A stretch of DNA of 63,929 nt, filler included, from Octopus bimaculoides (GCF_001194135.2; 5 parts of 4 records of this genome joined end to end with filler, not necessarily neighbours in it), one strand, 5' to 3'; positions 38,849 to 51,715 are shown, counted from the whole stretch's first letter. Notes: generated from the sequence alone by a model not told the origin. Program-made: numbers and translations.

Positions 38849-39117
38849 CGGTAAGAAAGCCATTCCTTGTATTTTGTGATAGTGAAAATTTCTCGCTGCA
38901 GACGGAAAGGTGTCGATAGCCCAAGTCAGCTGACAATCAAACTGGTGGATGCATGTATTTCGGAATAGTTATCTCGTCTTCGACATCTGGAAATGGAAGC
39001 GTCATGAATTGACAAAGAGACAGGTCTATCTCATTAACTTCCAGTCAGCCTGCGTTTCTGTTACCTTGTGCTATTCCTCGAAAATGGTGGACAATACAAG
39101 GAATGGCTTTCTTACCG
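38849..39117. repeat. 269-bp element bounded by a perfect 25-bp inverted repeat
   Basis: CGGTAAGAAAGCCATTCCTTGTATT (38849-38873) / AATACAAGGAATGGCTTTCTTACCG (39093-39117). Confidence 0.85.
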
Positions 39118-39129
39118 TTCAGGCGTCAC

Positions 39130-39800
39130 TTCTTTCCACGGCTCAGAGATATAAGCCCTGACTCAAATGAAGACCAAAGTTGAGCGTTTGGCATTAAGAA
39201 CGTAGCGATGGCCGGGAGGGGTTTCGTTCTTCGACGAGAACAATGTAAAATTTTAGTCTGGGAGAATTATGTCCAAATTCCAGATTCTTATGAGGTGAAA
39301 GGCAGGAAAAGAACCGAGTGTGTCGAGAACATTAAATCATGGTTGTTTTGTGACATTAGAATCGATTTTCCTTTTTCTGTCGCGTGTCTTTGATGGAAAA
39401 AGAAATTGAGAGGCGGGAGCGGTTGGAAAATTTGAGGATTGATGATTCCCTCTTTAACCAAATCCTCATCAACATCTTCAAATTCCACATCGAAGAGAGG
39501 AAAGATTTGCTAGAAAGGAAAATGCTCCCCCCACCCCAGAAAATTTTATGAAAAGTTGGAGTGAATGATGAAATTGGTTTGACGAAATGAGATGACAAGA
39601 ACTTAAGCAAATTGGTAGCAAGGCCAGCCAGGAAATACTTGCTTGTCTTTGGTGTTTACCAGTTCCATTTTGCAGAGTCTTTATTTTTTGTAGTTTTTTA
39701 TTCATTTGTCTTTTTTCTTGTTGATCTCATCATTGAATGATTTTCTTTCTCTTTTGCTTTTCTCTGTATTATCTCCTTCGCCTTGCGCCCCTGTGCCCAA
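39130..39800 (-). mobile_element. Decayed coding-like remnant, possibly a CRE-like non-LTR element
   Basis: ASISWLALLPI...NQFHHSLQL weakly resembles the SWL..LP...F...L motif of CRE-type elements; abuts (AAT/AAC)n. Confidence 0.25.
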
Positions 39801-39810
39801 ATTATTGTTG

Positions 39811-39869
<59 letters not shown>

Positions 39870-39928
39870 GTTGTTGTTGTTGTTGTTGTTGTTGTTATTA
39901 TTATTATTATTTTCATTATTATTACAAA

Positions 39929-40122
39929 GGCAGCGAACTGGCAGAATTTTAGCGCATTGGACGTTCGTCCGTCTTTTCGATCTGAGTTCAAATTCCGCCG
40001 AGGTCAACTTTACCTTTCATCCTAGGGATCGATAAATAAAGTACAAGTTGAGCACTAAGTCGATGTAATTGACTTTCCCCCTCCACAAATTGCTGGCTTT
40101 GTGCCTTTAGTAGAAAGGGTTA
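39929..40122 (+). mobile_element. SINE family A copy; further plus-strand copies at 46485-46698, 49021-49230, 50741-50960 and a degenerate one at ~51120-51215
   Basis: Family A head, B-box-like GAGTTCAAATTCC, core and tail. Confidence 0.88.
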
Positions 40123-40186
40123 TGTTTTGCCTTCGCTTTAATTTACAAAAGCTGCATCCAAGTTCCAACCAGAGACGAAAGGGTGG

Positions 40187-40229
<43 letters not shown>

Positions 40230-40262
40230 ATTATTATTATTAATTATTATTAATTATTATTA

Positions 40263-40299
<37 letters not shown>

Positions 40300-41028
40300 A
40301 TTATTATTATTTAACTAGCATCAGTAAAGAGCAGCGTTAATGGAGTAACAGATATAGTTAATACGGTTTAGTGGCGTCATGGTCGTTGGCCACGCCCCTC
40401 ATCTCCTTCAAGCACCCGGCTTAGCACCTATCAGGGCTAACACAGCCTCTACCCAATCTTCTTCCCTCTACCCCGGATGCGATGAGGAGAGGCTGGACTT
40501 AGAGACGACGTCTCCTCAGTCGGCTGTTAAGTGTCCACAAGTACCGGCAAGTTACGTGCTGGTCGTGACTCTGTGTGTGTGTGCGTGTGTGTGTGTCTTT
40601 CTCTCTCTCTCTTACTCTTTTTCTCTCTCTTACCCCACCTCTCTCTCTCCCTGTCTCCCCGTTTCCTTCCTCTCTCTCTATTTATATATATATACATACA
40701 GTATATATATATATATTGCTATATTTCGGGACGGTCATTTTTTTTGCCAAATAAACACACGCACTATATATTCGTTCTTCACTCATTTATTACTGTTCTT
40801 ATTTTATTTTATGTCCATTATCTGGAAATCTTTAGTCACAGATCTGTGACCTCTTCAACGAACCATTCCGTCCACGTGTGTCCTTCTCCGCTTAATCCAT
40901 ATATGTGTGTGTGTGTGTGTGTGTGTGTNNNNNNNNNNNNNNNNNNNNNNNNNNNNNNNNNNNNNNNNNNNNTTAATTAATTAANNNNNNNNNNNNNNNN
41001 NNNNNNNNNNNNNNNNNNNNNNNNNNNN

Positions 41029-41098
<70 letters not shown>

Positions 41099-41315
41099 TG
41101 TATATAAGTAAGTGTATGTTTGTTTCTCTGTGTGTGCGTGCAGTTATAAGCATACGTGCACAGACAAACATGTGCACGCATGTGCACACATATACACAAA
41201 TGCACGCAAGCACAAATATGCACAAACACAAATATACACACATGTAACGACCGAGTAAACGATGGCTATATAAATACACATATGCATGCTGGCATATATA
41301 TATATATTTATACAC

Positions 41316-41346
<31 letters not shown>

Positions 41347-41912
41347 CATACATATATACGCACACACGCACACACACACACACACATATATGCATAGATA
41401 ACTATGTAAGCATTTGCATTTATATATCCACATTTATAAACACATAAAAAAATCGTATATATATGTACGTATATATATGTATATATATATATACTATATA
41501 AGTAAATATATATATATATATACATACATGCGTGTGCGCTTTTGTGTGTTCATATATATGTGCTTGAATATGTTTGTGGGTGTGTACATATATACGTGTT
41601 TAAGTTTGTGTATGTGTGTATGTATCCGTGCATGTATGTATAATGGTAAAGTATGGGTTAGACTGATGGCTTATTAAACCGTTACAGCTAGAATAATTAC
41701 AACAGAACGTTGTAGATACTTATCGAACGTTCTAGAAATGTAATTATACTTATCAAAGACTGACATCGATGTAATCGAGTAATGGCGATGTCAAGAGAAT
41801 AACTAATGCGAATTGTTTTACCCCACGCTCTCTATGTCATACTATATGTACATACACACACACACACACACACAAACACATATATATATGTGTGTGTGTG
41901 TGTATGTATGTA

Positions 41913-41965
<53 letters not shown>

Positions 41966-42153
41966 GTATGTCGCTAAAATATAATCTACGGTATTACCTC
42001 TTTTGTGGAAATATTCTATTATTGCCATTATTTTATGTCATTATCTCCCCATTTATCTTTTTCTAATATGTTCTATTGCTACTTCGGTCAAAATATCCAT
42101 ACTTTGTTATTGTTATTAATGCTAAAGTCACATTATGTATGTGTGTGTGTCTT

Positions 42154-42188
<35 letters not shown>

Positions 42189-42852
42189 TTGGTTTTGCTT
42201 ATGTATGTGTACTTGTTTGAGTCGTTTTTTGAATTATAGGATGATAAGAATCCGTCATTAAATGTTGACACCATGTTTAAGTAGTCCTTGCTCTTCTTCT
42301 ATGTTAATGATTTCGGCATTTAACTTCATTTTGCTTTTTTCTTCTGTGTTTTACTCTGCTGTCATATGTCGAGTAATTAAAACAATCACATTATTACACA
42401 CCCAGACACACTCATCTTTCTGAAATAATATAAGCAATAAAAGTCAGATGATAAACTAAACATAATTTAACATAGATAAAGAAATATGATTGTATGCAAA
42501 GATAAAAGTACTTCAAACCATATATCCATAACTTTTTCTATTAAATTTTTAATACGTCTATGATCATCAACAACCTTATCATCACAAAATGACTAAAACT
42601 ATCATATTTTTATTTTTAATTACTTTAGGAGAGAGGTCGTGAGTTTAATTGAATGAAATAATTGAATGTCCAACCATATGCTTTATAAAGTCTTAACTTG
42701 AAGTTACTTTGTGTTTCGCTTTCAAATCCTACCCTATCAGCTTTATTCTTCTTTCTTTCGAAATTGAGAAAATTTCGGTCAGATTACCAGAAACAACTCA
42801 ATTTCTCAGAGATGTGATCTACATAAAACTAAACAGTAGTTAAATTCTTTTG

Positions 42853-43625
42853 TATTCTTGGCACAAGGCCCGAATTTTTTGGGGAGCGAGGCCCAGTCGA
42901 TTAGATCGACCCCAGTACGAAATTGGTACTTAATTTATCGACCCTGAAAGGATGAAAGGCAAAATCGACCACGGCTGAATTTGAACTCAGAACGTAAAGA
43001 CGAACGAAATACCGCTAAGCATTTCGTCCGGCATGCTAACGATTATTTCTTTATTGCCCACAAGGGGCTAAACGTAGAGGGGACAAACAATGACAGACAA
43101 AGGGATTATGTCGATGAAATCGAACCCAGTACGTACCTGGTACTTAATTTATCGACCCCCGAGAGAATGAAAGGCAAAGTCGACCTCGGCGAAATTTGAA
43201 CCCAGAACGTAAAGATGGACGAAATATCGCTAAGCATTTTGCCCTGCGTGCTAACGTTTCTGCCAGCTCGCCGCCTTCAAACAATAGCTAAATTAATAGA
43301 AAAATGTTCAACGTAGTTAGTATTGAAATACTAAGTAGAAGTAATAATATGCTGCAAATGAAAGAATATGAGTCTATTTGTAATCTCAATTATCTTAACA
43401 TTTAGGCGGTGAGCTGGCAGAAACGTTAGCACGCCGGGCGAAATGCTTAGCGATATTTCGTCTGTCTTTACTTTCTGAGTTCAAATTCTGCCGAGGTCGA
43501 TTTTTGCCTTTCATACATTTAGGGTCGATAAATTATGTAGCAGATGCGTACTGGGGTCCATCTAATCGTGTGGCTCCACCTCCCCAAAAATTTCGGGCCT
43601 TGTGCCTAGAGTAGAAAAGAATTAT
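42853..43625. mobile_element. SINE family A cluster: A(-) 42853-43042, A' (-) 43043-43276, A(+) 43405-43625
   Basis: Direct similarity; the plus copy has a 15-bp TSD AATTATCTTAACATT at 43388-43402 and 43620-43634. Confidence 0.92.
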
Positions 43626-43738
43626 CTTAACATTCAGGGGAGATAACTGAAGGTATGATTCGTCATTATGATATCAGTGTTGCCTAGAGCTTACGCCGTT
43701 AATAATCGAGTAACATTAGTGCATGTCTCATATCATAT

Positions 43739-44143
43739 GGAGGCGCAATGGCCCAGTGGTTAGGGCAGCGAACTCGCTTTCATAGGATCACGGTTTCGAT
43801 TCCCAGACCGGGCGTTGTGAGGGTTTATTGAGCGAAAACACCTAAAAGCTCCACGAGGCTCCGGCAGGGGATGGTGGCGAACCCTGCTATACTCTTCCAC
43901 CACAACTTTCTCTCACTCTTACTTCCTGTTTCTGTTGTGCCTGTAATTCAAAGGGTCAGCCTTGTCCCACTGTGTCACGCTGAATATACCCGAGAACTAC
44001 GTTAAGGGTACACGTGTCTGTGGAGTGCTCAGTCACTTGCACGTTAATTTCACGAGCAGGTTGTTCCGTTGATCGGATCAACTGGAACCCTCGACGTCGT
44101 AAGCGACGGAGTGCCAACAACGGTGCCAACAACAGTGCCAACA
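43739..44143 (+). mobile_element. Full-length tRNA-derived SINE family C
   Basis: A box TGGCCCAGTGG, B box GGTTTCGATTCC, ~400-bp body, tail GTGCCAACAAC repeated three times. Confidence 0.92.
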
Positions 44144-44235
44144 TATCATATATTCTTCACTGTGTATTTATTTTTAGTTTATTTTCCAAAGCTCTTTACA
44201 TTGAATATGTTAACCGATAACTTACTTGGTGGGTT

Positions 44236-44480
44236 ATTCTTTTATTCTTTTAATTGTTTCAGTCATTTGAATGCGGCCATGCTGGAGCACCACTTTCCGT
44301 CGAACAAATCGACCTCAGGAATTATTCTTTGTAACCCTAGTACTTATTTTATCGGTCTCCTTTGCCGAGCCGCTAAGTTACGGAGACGTAAGCATATCAA
44401 CAACGGTTGTTAAAGGATGGTGAGTGGGTGGAGGGGGAGTGGCAAACACAGACACACCTAAAAAACACATATACACACAC

Positions 44481-44520
<40 letters not shown>

Positions 44521-44874
44521 GACAGGCTTCTTCTAGTTTCCGTCTACCAAAATCCACTCACAAGTGGCCTGAGGCTATAGTTGAAGACACTTGTCCAAGG
44601 TGTCACGCAGTGGGACTGAACCCGGAACCATGTGGTTGGGAAGCAAGCTTCTTATTTCTTTATTGCCCACAAAGGGCTAAACATAGAGGGGCAAGCAAGG
44701 ACAGACAAAGAGATTAAGTCGATTATATCGACTCCAGTGAGTAACTGGTACTTAATTTATCGACCCCGAAAGGATGAAAGGCAAAAAAAGACCTTGGCGG
44801 AATTTGAACTCAGAAAGTAAAGACAGACGAAATATCGCTAAGCATTTCGCCCGGCGTGCTAACGTTTCTGCCAG
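44236..44874 (-). mobile_element. CORE-type SINE D (44236-44651, split by (TA)n) with SINE A' (44652-44874) in its head
   Basis: D: GGGACTGAACCC, GAAGACACTTGTCCAAGG; A': ATTTCTTTATTGCCCAC...GTTTCTGCCAGC. Confidence 0.85.
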
Positions 44875-47213
44875 CGCCTGGTTATTTAATTGTTTTCTTT
44901 TTTCTATTAAATTCCATCAATGAATAATTTATTCTTTAAACAATTCTTCCTTTATATGACAATCAATAGCAAGGGCAGATAACTGCCACTTATGATTAAG
45001 TAAGCCTTGGTAGCATGCACCTTGCTTTGACTAATTCTGCCTCAGTAGTCGCAGAGGATGAGCCTGGTTGTGAAAGCTGAAGGCTGATTGGGATGAACTA
45101 ATACCTGGCTGATTCTCATTTACTATTAAGTTGATTGGAACCACATGAAATGAATCATCAGCTTGTTCGACACAACTACCAGTCCATGAATTGGATCTGC
45201 AACCTTGTTATAAGGAGCCGAACACCTTAACCAACAAGCTACACGGCTCCACGTCAACCGAGGTGCATTTTTGTGTGTTTGCATTTGCGATTGCCTTATC
45301 TCTAGTTTGGTAAGTACAGTGACACCTGAGTTAAAGCACTGGACATTATTATATATATCAGGCAGAATTCTGCCAAGGCTGACAAACTTTAAGAAGTCAA
45401 AATCTTCCGCAAAAATCCCATCACTCCAACGGGTTACGGTATCACAGGTGATATTTCAAACGTCTTATTTATGTGCTTCCTTGGTCATTTATTATTTTAG
45501 TGCGATTAAAGTTATTTCAAACATGTCAGTTAAAGTTTTATTTTATTTTCTCTTTTTTATTTTAGAAATTTATTTTCCCCCAAATCAATGTAATTTTGCA
45601 TCAGGAACACTGCAGATCAATTTACTTTTAAAAGCTGCTGTTATATATCAACAACACACCACACCCCATATCAATGGAAAAGCACAAAACAACACAAAAT
45701 ACACAAACACACAAACACACAAACACACAAACTAATGGTCTAAATTTCAAAAAGTAACAAAACAAACTCACAACGGAATGAAAGAATGAGACCAAAAAAA
45801 TAAAGAAAAAGTCTGAAACATTTTAAAGAACTGAGCCTAGACTGTCCAATTTAAAATTCCCTAACGTAAGCAGTGACAAACAAAACAACTGAACAAACAA
45901 ACAAAATAACTAGCTAAATAAGACTAAAATTCCTTGTCTCTTAGCAAAGGTTATTATTTTCTGTTTAAACTTGATCATTTTTATTTTGTCTTTTTTGTTT
46001 TATATCATTTATCCACTTTGTTGTTTGTTTCACTTCACTCTCTCTACAAGTCATTGTTTTTGAGTGGTTTTTTATTATTGTTTCGTAACATGTTTTTCTT
46101 CTCTTTCTCTTTCACCTGAACTTGTTATTTTTCAAGGTTTTCCCTACATCTTAACGTTTTGGACAAAGTTAAGCCAGACATTTTAAAACAACGAAATAAA
46201 CTAACAATGTCGAAATGTTTTCTTATTTACACAACTTAAAAAAAAAAAAAAAAACAGCTGCCCTTGGATTATCTCTGTTTGTAGATAATTTAGAGACAGA
46301 TCAATTCGAAAGTCTCCCTGTACAAATCAAGTATTCAACAGAACAAGTGTTTCTCAAACGAAAGCCAGACCGCGACCGCAAAATATTTTTTCGATCATTT
46401 ACTCCATTTAAATTACTATAAGTAGTAATATATACAAAATTTTAAAAAATTCGATCTTAGGGTTCATGTTATCATTCGCACAAAGATGGTGATCTGACAA
46501 AATCGTTAGAACGCCGTACAAAATGCTTAGCTGCGTTCCGTCAATCTTTACATTCTGAGCTCAAATTCCACCTTGATCGACTTTGCTTTCCATCGGTTTA
46601 CCATCGATAAAATATATACTAGTTGAATACTGGGACCGATGTAATCGGCTTATCCCTCCCCTAAAATTTCTGGCCCTGTGCCAAAATTTGAAAACTATAT
46701 TACCTTTCACACACATGCATAAATATATAGATGCGTGTGTATATATGTGTATATATGTATTGCACACATCTGTTTGTCTGTCCCCATCACCATTTTTCTC
46801 TTTCTCCATGCGTATATATACATATACCTATAGATACACACACATATAGATACACACACACACTGAATGGTGTGTGAAAAATTGATCGATACATACATTG
46901 AAATATCTATACATATTCTAAAATATTTTATATTTCCTTTTCTTGAATATCTATCAAGGTTTTAGCTGCATATAAGAACGTCTTTTTCAGGTTGAAGTGA
47001 CCTTAGGAATCAATATTAAGCAGCAAATTTCATCGTATTTTTAAGTATCAAATCTCTTTCCACCCCATGGGTTGTAATTTCAACCTGTTTGTATTTACTA
47101 ATCAGCTGATAATGTCTTAATGCTTTAAATTTCTGTTTCCTTGCATTAGGTTAAACGAGAAGGTCTCATCTCTTCATTTTAAGGTATTATCAAGCAGAAT
47201 CATGGAGGAATTT

Positions 47214-47661
47214 CAACCATGTTTCGTGGTCTGCTACCACAACAGCTCCTTTATAGGATCCAGTTAGCTCAAGACATCATCAGGAGGAACCACGTCCGGT
47301 TTCGGCCCCTACTCCTCTACCGTTTTGACGTGGCGGGGCCACCCCCTTTCGGAGGTGTCTTCAGCTCTGGTGTTGGGTGCATGTCTTCTTTCACTGTTTG
47401 TGACTGTTCTAATTCAACGGTGGAATGTCCCTCGCTATGGTTATTTTCCAGGAGGTTCTGGCCACACGTCTTACGGTTCATCAACCCGCGTTGTTGANNN
47501 NNNNNNNCAACCATGTTTCGTGGTCTGCTACCACAACAGCTCCTTTATAGGATCCAGTTAGCTCAAGACATCATCAGGAGGAACCACGTCCGGTTTCGGC
47601 CCCTACTCCTCTACCGTTTTGACGTGGCGGGGCCCCCCCTTTCGGAGGTGTCTTCAGCTCT
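47214..47661 (-). ncRNA. Tandem ~294-bp unit, each copy carrying two hammerhead-like cores (Penelope pLTR-like)
   Basis: Minus strand: CUGAAGA...GGCCCC/GGGGCC-GAAAC-C-GGACGU-G-GUU and CUGAUGA...C-GAAAC-AUG-GUU; copy 2 (47508-47661) differs by a one-base deletion. A clean stem I could not be drawn. Confidence 0.5.
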
Positions 47662-47960
47662 ATTGCTTTTCCTTTCCGAACAACACACCATCTTACCATC
47701 TTCCTCCCTCTATCTTTTAGGAACCAAATAGTTTTGGAAGAGACGTGTCTTTACGTTTGTCTTTTGGCCTGATGTTTTCGTTGCGCATCTTATTTCATTG
47801 TTTAGAGAAACCAAAATAAGTTTGGTCAGTGTGCTTAATACAATATTGTTAATTTGATGTGTGAAGAGCGTGGATTAGCAGTAACATTATCTATCCTGCT
47901 CTTTATGTGATTTGAGCGTTCTATTTGATCTGTTATATTTAAATGGTTTACTTTTGTGTA
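47662..47960 (-). mobile_element. Penelope-like element GIY-YIG endonuclease remnant
   Basis: Frame-hopping peptides LKSH...CYC...NIV, YFGFSK, KRKDTSL, TIWFLKDRG...RWCVVRKGKA match the C.C..NIVY / YIG / TSLSK.IW.LKD...W.I..KA pattern of PLE endonucleases. Confidence 0.65.
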
Positions 47961-48179
47961 AAGTTTCTATTAAGCTTTATCTTTGTGTTTAATCTAAAAC
48001 GTTACTTTAACTAACCCTATAAAATCTCTTTTTTGTCGGCTCGATCAATTCTCATTTTAGATTGGATAGGAAATTGTATGAGCGAATCTTTAATATATAT
48101 TTAAAGTTGTTCATGGATTGAGGTGCAATTTTTGATTTGTTACATTAAATGATTTTTACATGAAGTTGAAAGATATACT

Positions 48180-48265
48180 GAAACTTAACCCAACTGTCAC
48201 TAAACGGAAAACAGAATAGTTATTTGGTTTAACTCTCCATGTGGTTTGATAGTACATACAAATGC
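48180..48265 (+). mobile_element. Possible second Penelope-like fragment (RT-EN linker), opposite orientation
   Basis: IWFNSPCGLIVHTN resembles the IIWFNPP.S.NV.TN motif; short, so weak. Confidence 0.3.
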
Positions 48266-48564
48266 TATGACTAATGAAATTCAGGATCTTGGCGACAATG
48301 CAGCATCAGAAAGTATGTCAAAAACTGCCGACTTAGTCACACTCAGTGTAGCGACTATGAATCCAATAAACATTAATCTAGTTGCCACTGAAAGTGCCAA
48401 CAATACAAAAAGAATTAACCACAAGGCATCTTACGGTGGGGGAAAAGTCTACCATATGATATATGTATATATAAAGAAAATTTTCTATAATTTGTGCCCA
48501 ATAACCTTAGGAATCTTGAGACACTTAAAAGTTCTGCTGACGGGAATCAAAATAAGAAAATAAC

Positions 48565-48917
48565 ATCCATTCATCCATCCATCCATCCGTACATGCATGC
48601 ATGCATACATACATACATACATACAAACATACATACATACATACATGCATACGTACATAAATACATACATACATACATACGTACATACGTACATACATAC
48701 ATACATACATACATGCATACGTACATACATACATACATACATACATACATACATACATACATGCATACATACATACATACATACATACATGCGTACATAC
48801 ATACATACATACATACATACATACGTATATACGTGCATATGTGCATACGTGGATACATGCTTACATACATGCATACGTACGTAAGTACACTCATGCATAG
48901 GTACATACATACATGCA

Positions 48918-48955
<38 letters not shown>
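48565..48955. repeat. (CATA)n compound microsatellite; similar TA/CA/GATA/GACA arrays at 40905-41680, 51870-52040, 52950-53043, 57540-57890, 60310-61205
   Basis: Direct reading; source of the MYVC/HTYI ORFs. Confidence 0.97.
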
Positions 48956-48958
<3 letters not shown>

Positions 48959-49388
48959 TTTTGTGTGTCCGTATCTATGTTAGTGAATGAGTGAATGAGT
49001 GTATATTATAACAAGAAATAAGGCGGTGAGCTGGCAGAATCGTTAGCACCATCGGCAAGAATGCTTAGCTGAATTTCATACGTCTTTATGTTGTGAGTTC
49101 AAATTCCACCGAGAGAGACTTTGCTTTCGAAGCAGATGATATATAAATATTAGCTGAACACTGGGGTCAAAGCAATCGACGTATACTTTCTCCAGAACTT
49201 GCTGGCTTTGTGCTAAAATTTGGAACCAGTTATTATAACAGTGAAAGAAAACTTAACATTTCGGAATTCTCGGATTTAAAAACAGTTCTCCGTCTTTATT
49301 TTGTTATAGCCTGAGTTAAATACCTAGTAATCATCTTGCGGTAATAAACACTCAATTATTTTATTCATATGAGCGGACTTACACTCAC

Positions 49389-49838
49389 AGGCACATTCGA
49401 ATGTGGTAAGAAGCTTGCTTTCCAACCACATGGCTCCGGGTTCAGTCCCACTGTGTGGCGCCTTGGGTAAGTGTCATTTCTTTACTACCCACAAGGGGCT
49501 ACACACAGAGGGGACAAACAAGGACAGACAAACGGATTAAGTCGATTATATCGACCCCAGTGCGTACCTGGTACTTATTTAATCGACCCCGAAAGGAGGA
49601 AAGGCAAAGTCGACATCGGCGGAATTTGAACTCAGAATGTGAAGACAGACGAAATACCGCTAAGCATTTCGCCCGGCGTGCTAACGTTTCTGCCAGCGCT
49701 TCTAATATAGCCTCGGGCCGACAATAGACTTGTGAGTGAATTTGGTAGATAGAAACTGAAAGAAGCCGGTAGTATATATATATATATNNNNNNNNNNNNN
49801 NNNNNNNNNNNNNNNNNNNNNNNNNNNNNNNNNNNNNN

Positions 49839-49883
<45 letters not shown>

Positions 49884-50145
49884 ATATGTATGAGTGTGTG
49901 TTTGTGTGTGTGTGTGGCGTCTGTGTCTTTGTGTTTGTGTTTGCCCCCCTCCATCAGCACTTGAAAACCGGTGCTAGTATGTTTAGGTACCCGTAACTTC
50001 GCAGTTCGGGGGAAAGAAGCGATAGAAAGAGTTTCAGGCTTAAAATAGAAATGTCCTGAGGTCGATTTGTATGACAGAAACCCTTTAAAGGTGATGCTCC
50101 AGCATGGCCACAGACAACTGACTGAAACAAGTAAAAGGATAAAAG
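49389..50145 (+). mobile_element. CORE-type SINE D interrupted by SINE A' (49476-49699, minus strand) and by (TA)/(TG)n
   Basis: D reads ...CCTTGGGTAAGTGTC | A' | TTCTAATATAGCCTCGGGCCG..., and its 3' part runs to ACTGAAACAAGTAAAAG. Confidence 0.88.
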
Positions 50146-51498
50146 AACACACACACACACACACACACCTACACCCACACTCAGATATTGTTTGTGTATA
50201 TACGTGACAGAAATATAAAAGGTCGTAATCCTTGTTTGATTAGCTGCCAACATCTTAGACCTACAGCAAATACCTTAACGCTTATAACAGTAAGGGTACC
50301 AACTTTTTGAATATATTCACTTCAATATTACTTGCTCTTATACAATTTGAAGTCATTTGGTGCAACAGTAATACAAAATGATTACGATGAATTCAATTGG
50401 AAATGAAACTTGCGTATCCACTTCGCCAAAGAATTTCAATTCGTGTTACGTCTATCGTTTGTGGTCAAATACCAAACGATGGTGTTTATATACACAGCAT
50501 ATCCACAAATACAAATACACATTATTTATTACATGAGTTTACGAGCCAACAATGAGGCCTGTATGTGGTAGTTCAGTTTGTTAGAAGTAGCTGCTAATAG
50601 CTACCAAATTGCACTCTACTTTATTTTTTTTTAAAAAGGGGGAAAGCATAGAATGATAATAGTTCTAGATAGGCAATCCACGAAACCTTGATGGAATAGC
50701 CATAACTGACACACTTTTGTTTAATATGGTTTATCAAATTAAGGCGGCGAATTGGCAGAATTATTAGTAATGCGAGGCAAAATGCTTCGCAGCATTTCAT
50801 CCGTCATTACGTTTTGAGTTCAAATTCTGCCGAAGTCAACTTTGTCTTTCATCTTTTCGGGGTCGATAAATTAAGTACCAGTTGGGCACTGGGAATCGAT
50901 CTAATCGACTTACCACATCCACCGAAATTTCTGGCCTTGTGCTAAAAATTGAAATCAATATGATTAGTCAAGGCTGATGTGAGACTAAACAACAACAACA
51001 ACAACAACAACAAGCGCAGTGAAGCACTTCAGGAAATGATGTGCTACACATCAGTGGAATAGCAAACAGCATAGTGCGTTGTGCAATAGGTTCGAGCACA
51101 GACTCGAATATCCTGCAGTATTTAGTTTTTCACATTCCGAGTTCAAATACCACCGAACTTAACTTTGCCAGTCTTTCTTCTGTGATCGATAAAATAAATG
51201 ATCGGGTATTCATGTTGTTATTTTTTAGGCGCTAATGACACGCATTCCGGTGGGGGTAATCCCGATATATTTTCCTTTCAATTACTTGAAACTACTGCAC
51301 TTTCCAGCAAATGACCTGCAACTATGTATAGGTGCTGCTGAAGCAGACTTAATTGATCACAGCCACCTACCCCTTATCTCTGATGTACACTTATTTTATC
51401 ACACACTATTCATCGAAAGGCAAAGTTAGGCTTATTCTGGAAGAAGACTGTTTTATACAGCTTTAAAACTTAGATACAAACGCAAAAGTACACACATA

Positions 51499-51715
51499 CG
51501 AGGGTGGTGTGAAACGTTGCTGGGTTTGAGGGTATCGACAAAGGCCTCGTTGGATGTCCAAATTTCCGAATTCTTTGACAGGCCTTAGATAAACTGAAGG
51601 ACCGCTGAAATGAGTCTGTGAATCTGGGAGGGGAATATTTTCAATAAAATCATAATTAACTGATCCTCTTGTATTTTCTTTTACTCAAATCCTTGAACTT
51701 TTCAGCGCAACCTCG
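51499..51715. mobile_element. Mariner-derived MITE
   Basis: TA|CGAGGGTGGTGTGAAACGTT ... AACTTTTCAGCGCAACCTCG|TA imperfect TIRs with TA TSD. Confidence 0.75.

Noticed and set aside
38950-38995. Minus-strand UCGAAGA...CGAAAU with GAUG/CAUC flanks inside the 25-bp IR element
   Set aside because: Both core halves and the cleavage triplet are non-canonical; too weak to call.
43739-43815. tRNA-like sequences with A and B boxes (also 2094, 7526, 45180-45252, 55845)
   Set aside because: They are heads of SINEs, continue into repeat bodies and do not fold as complete cloverleaves.
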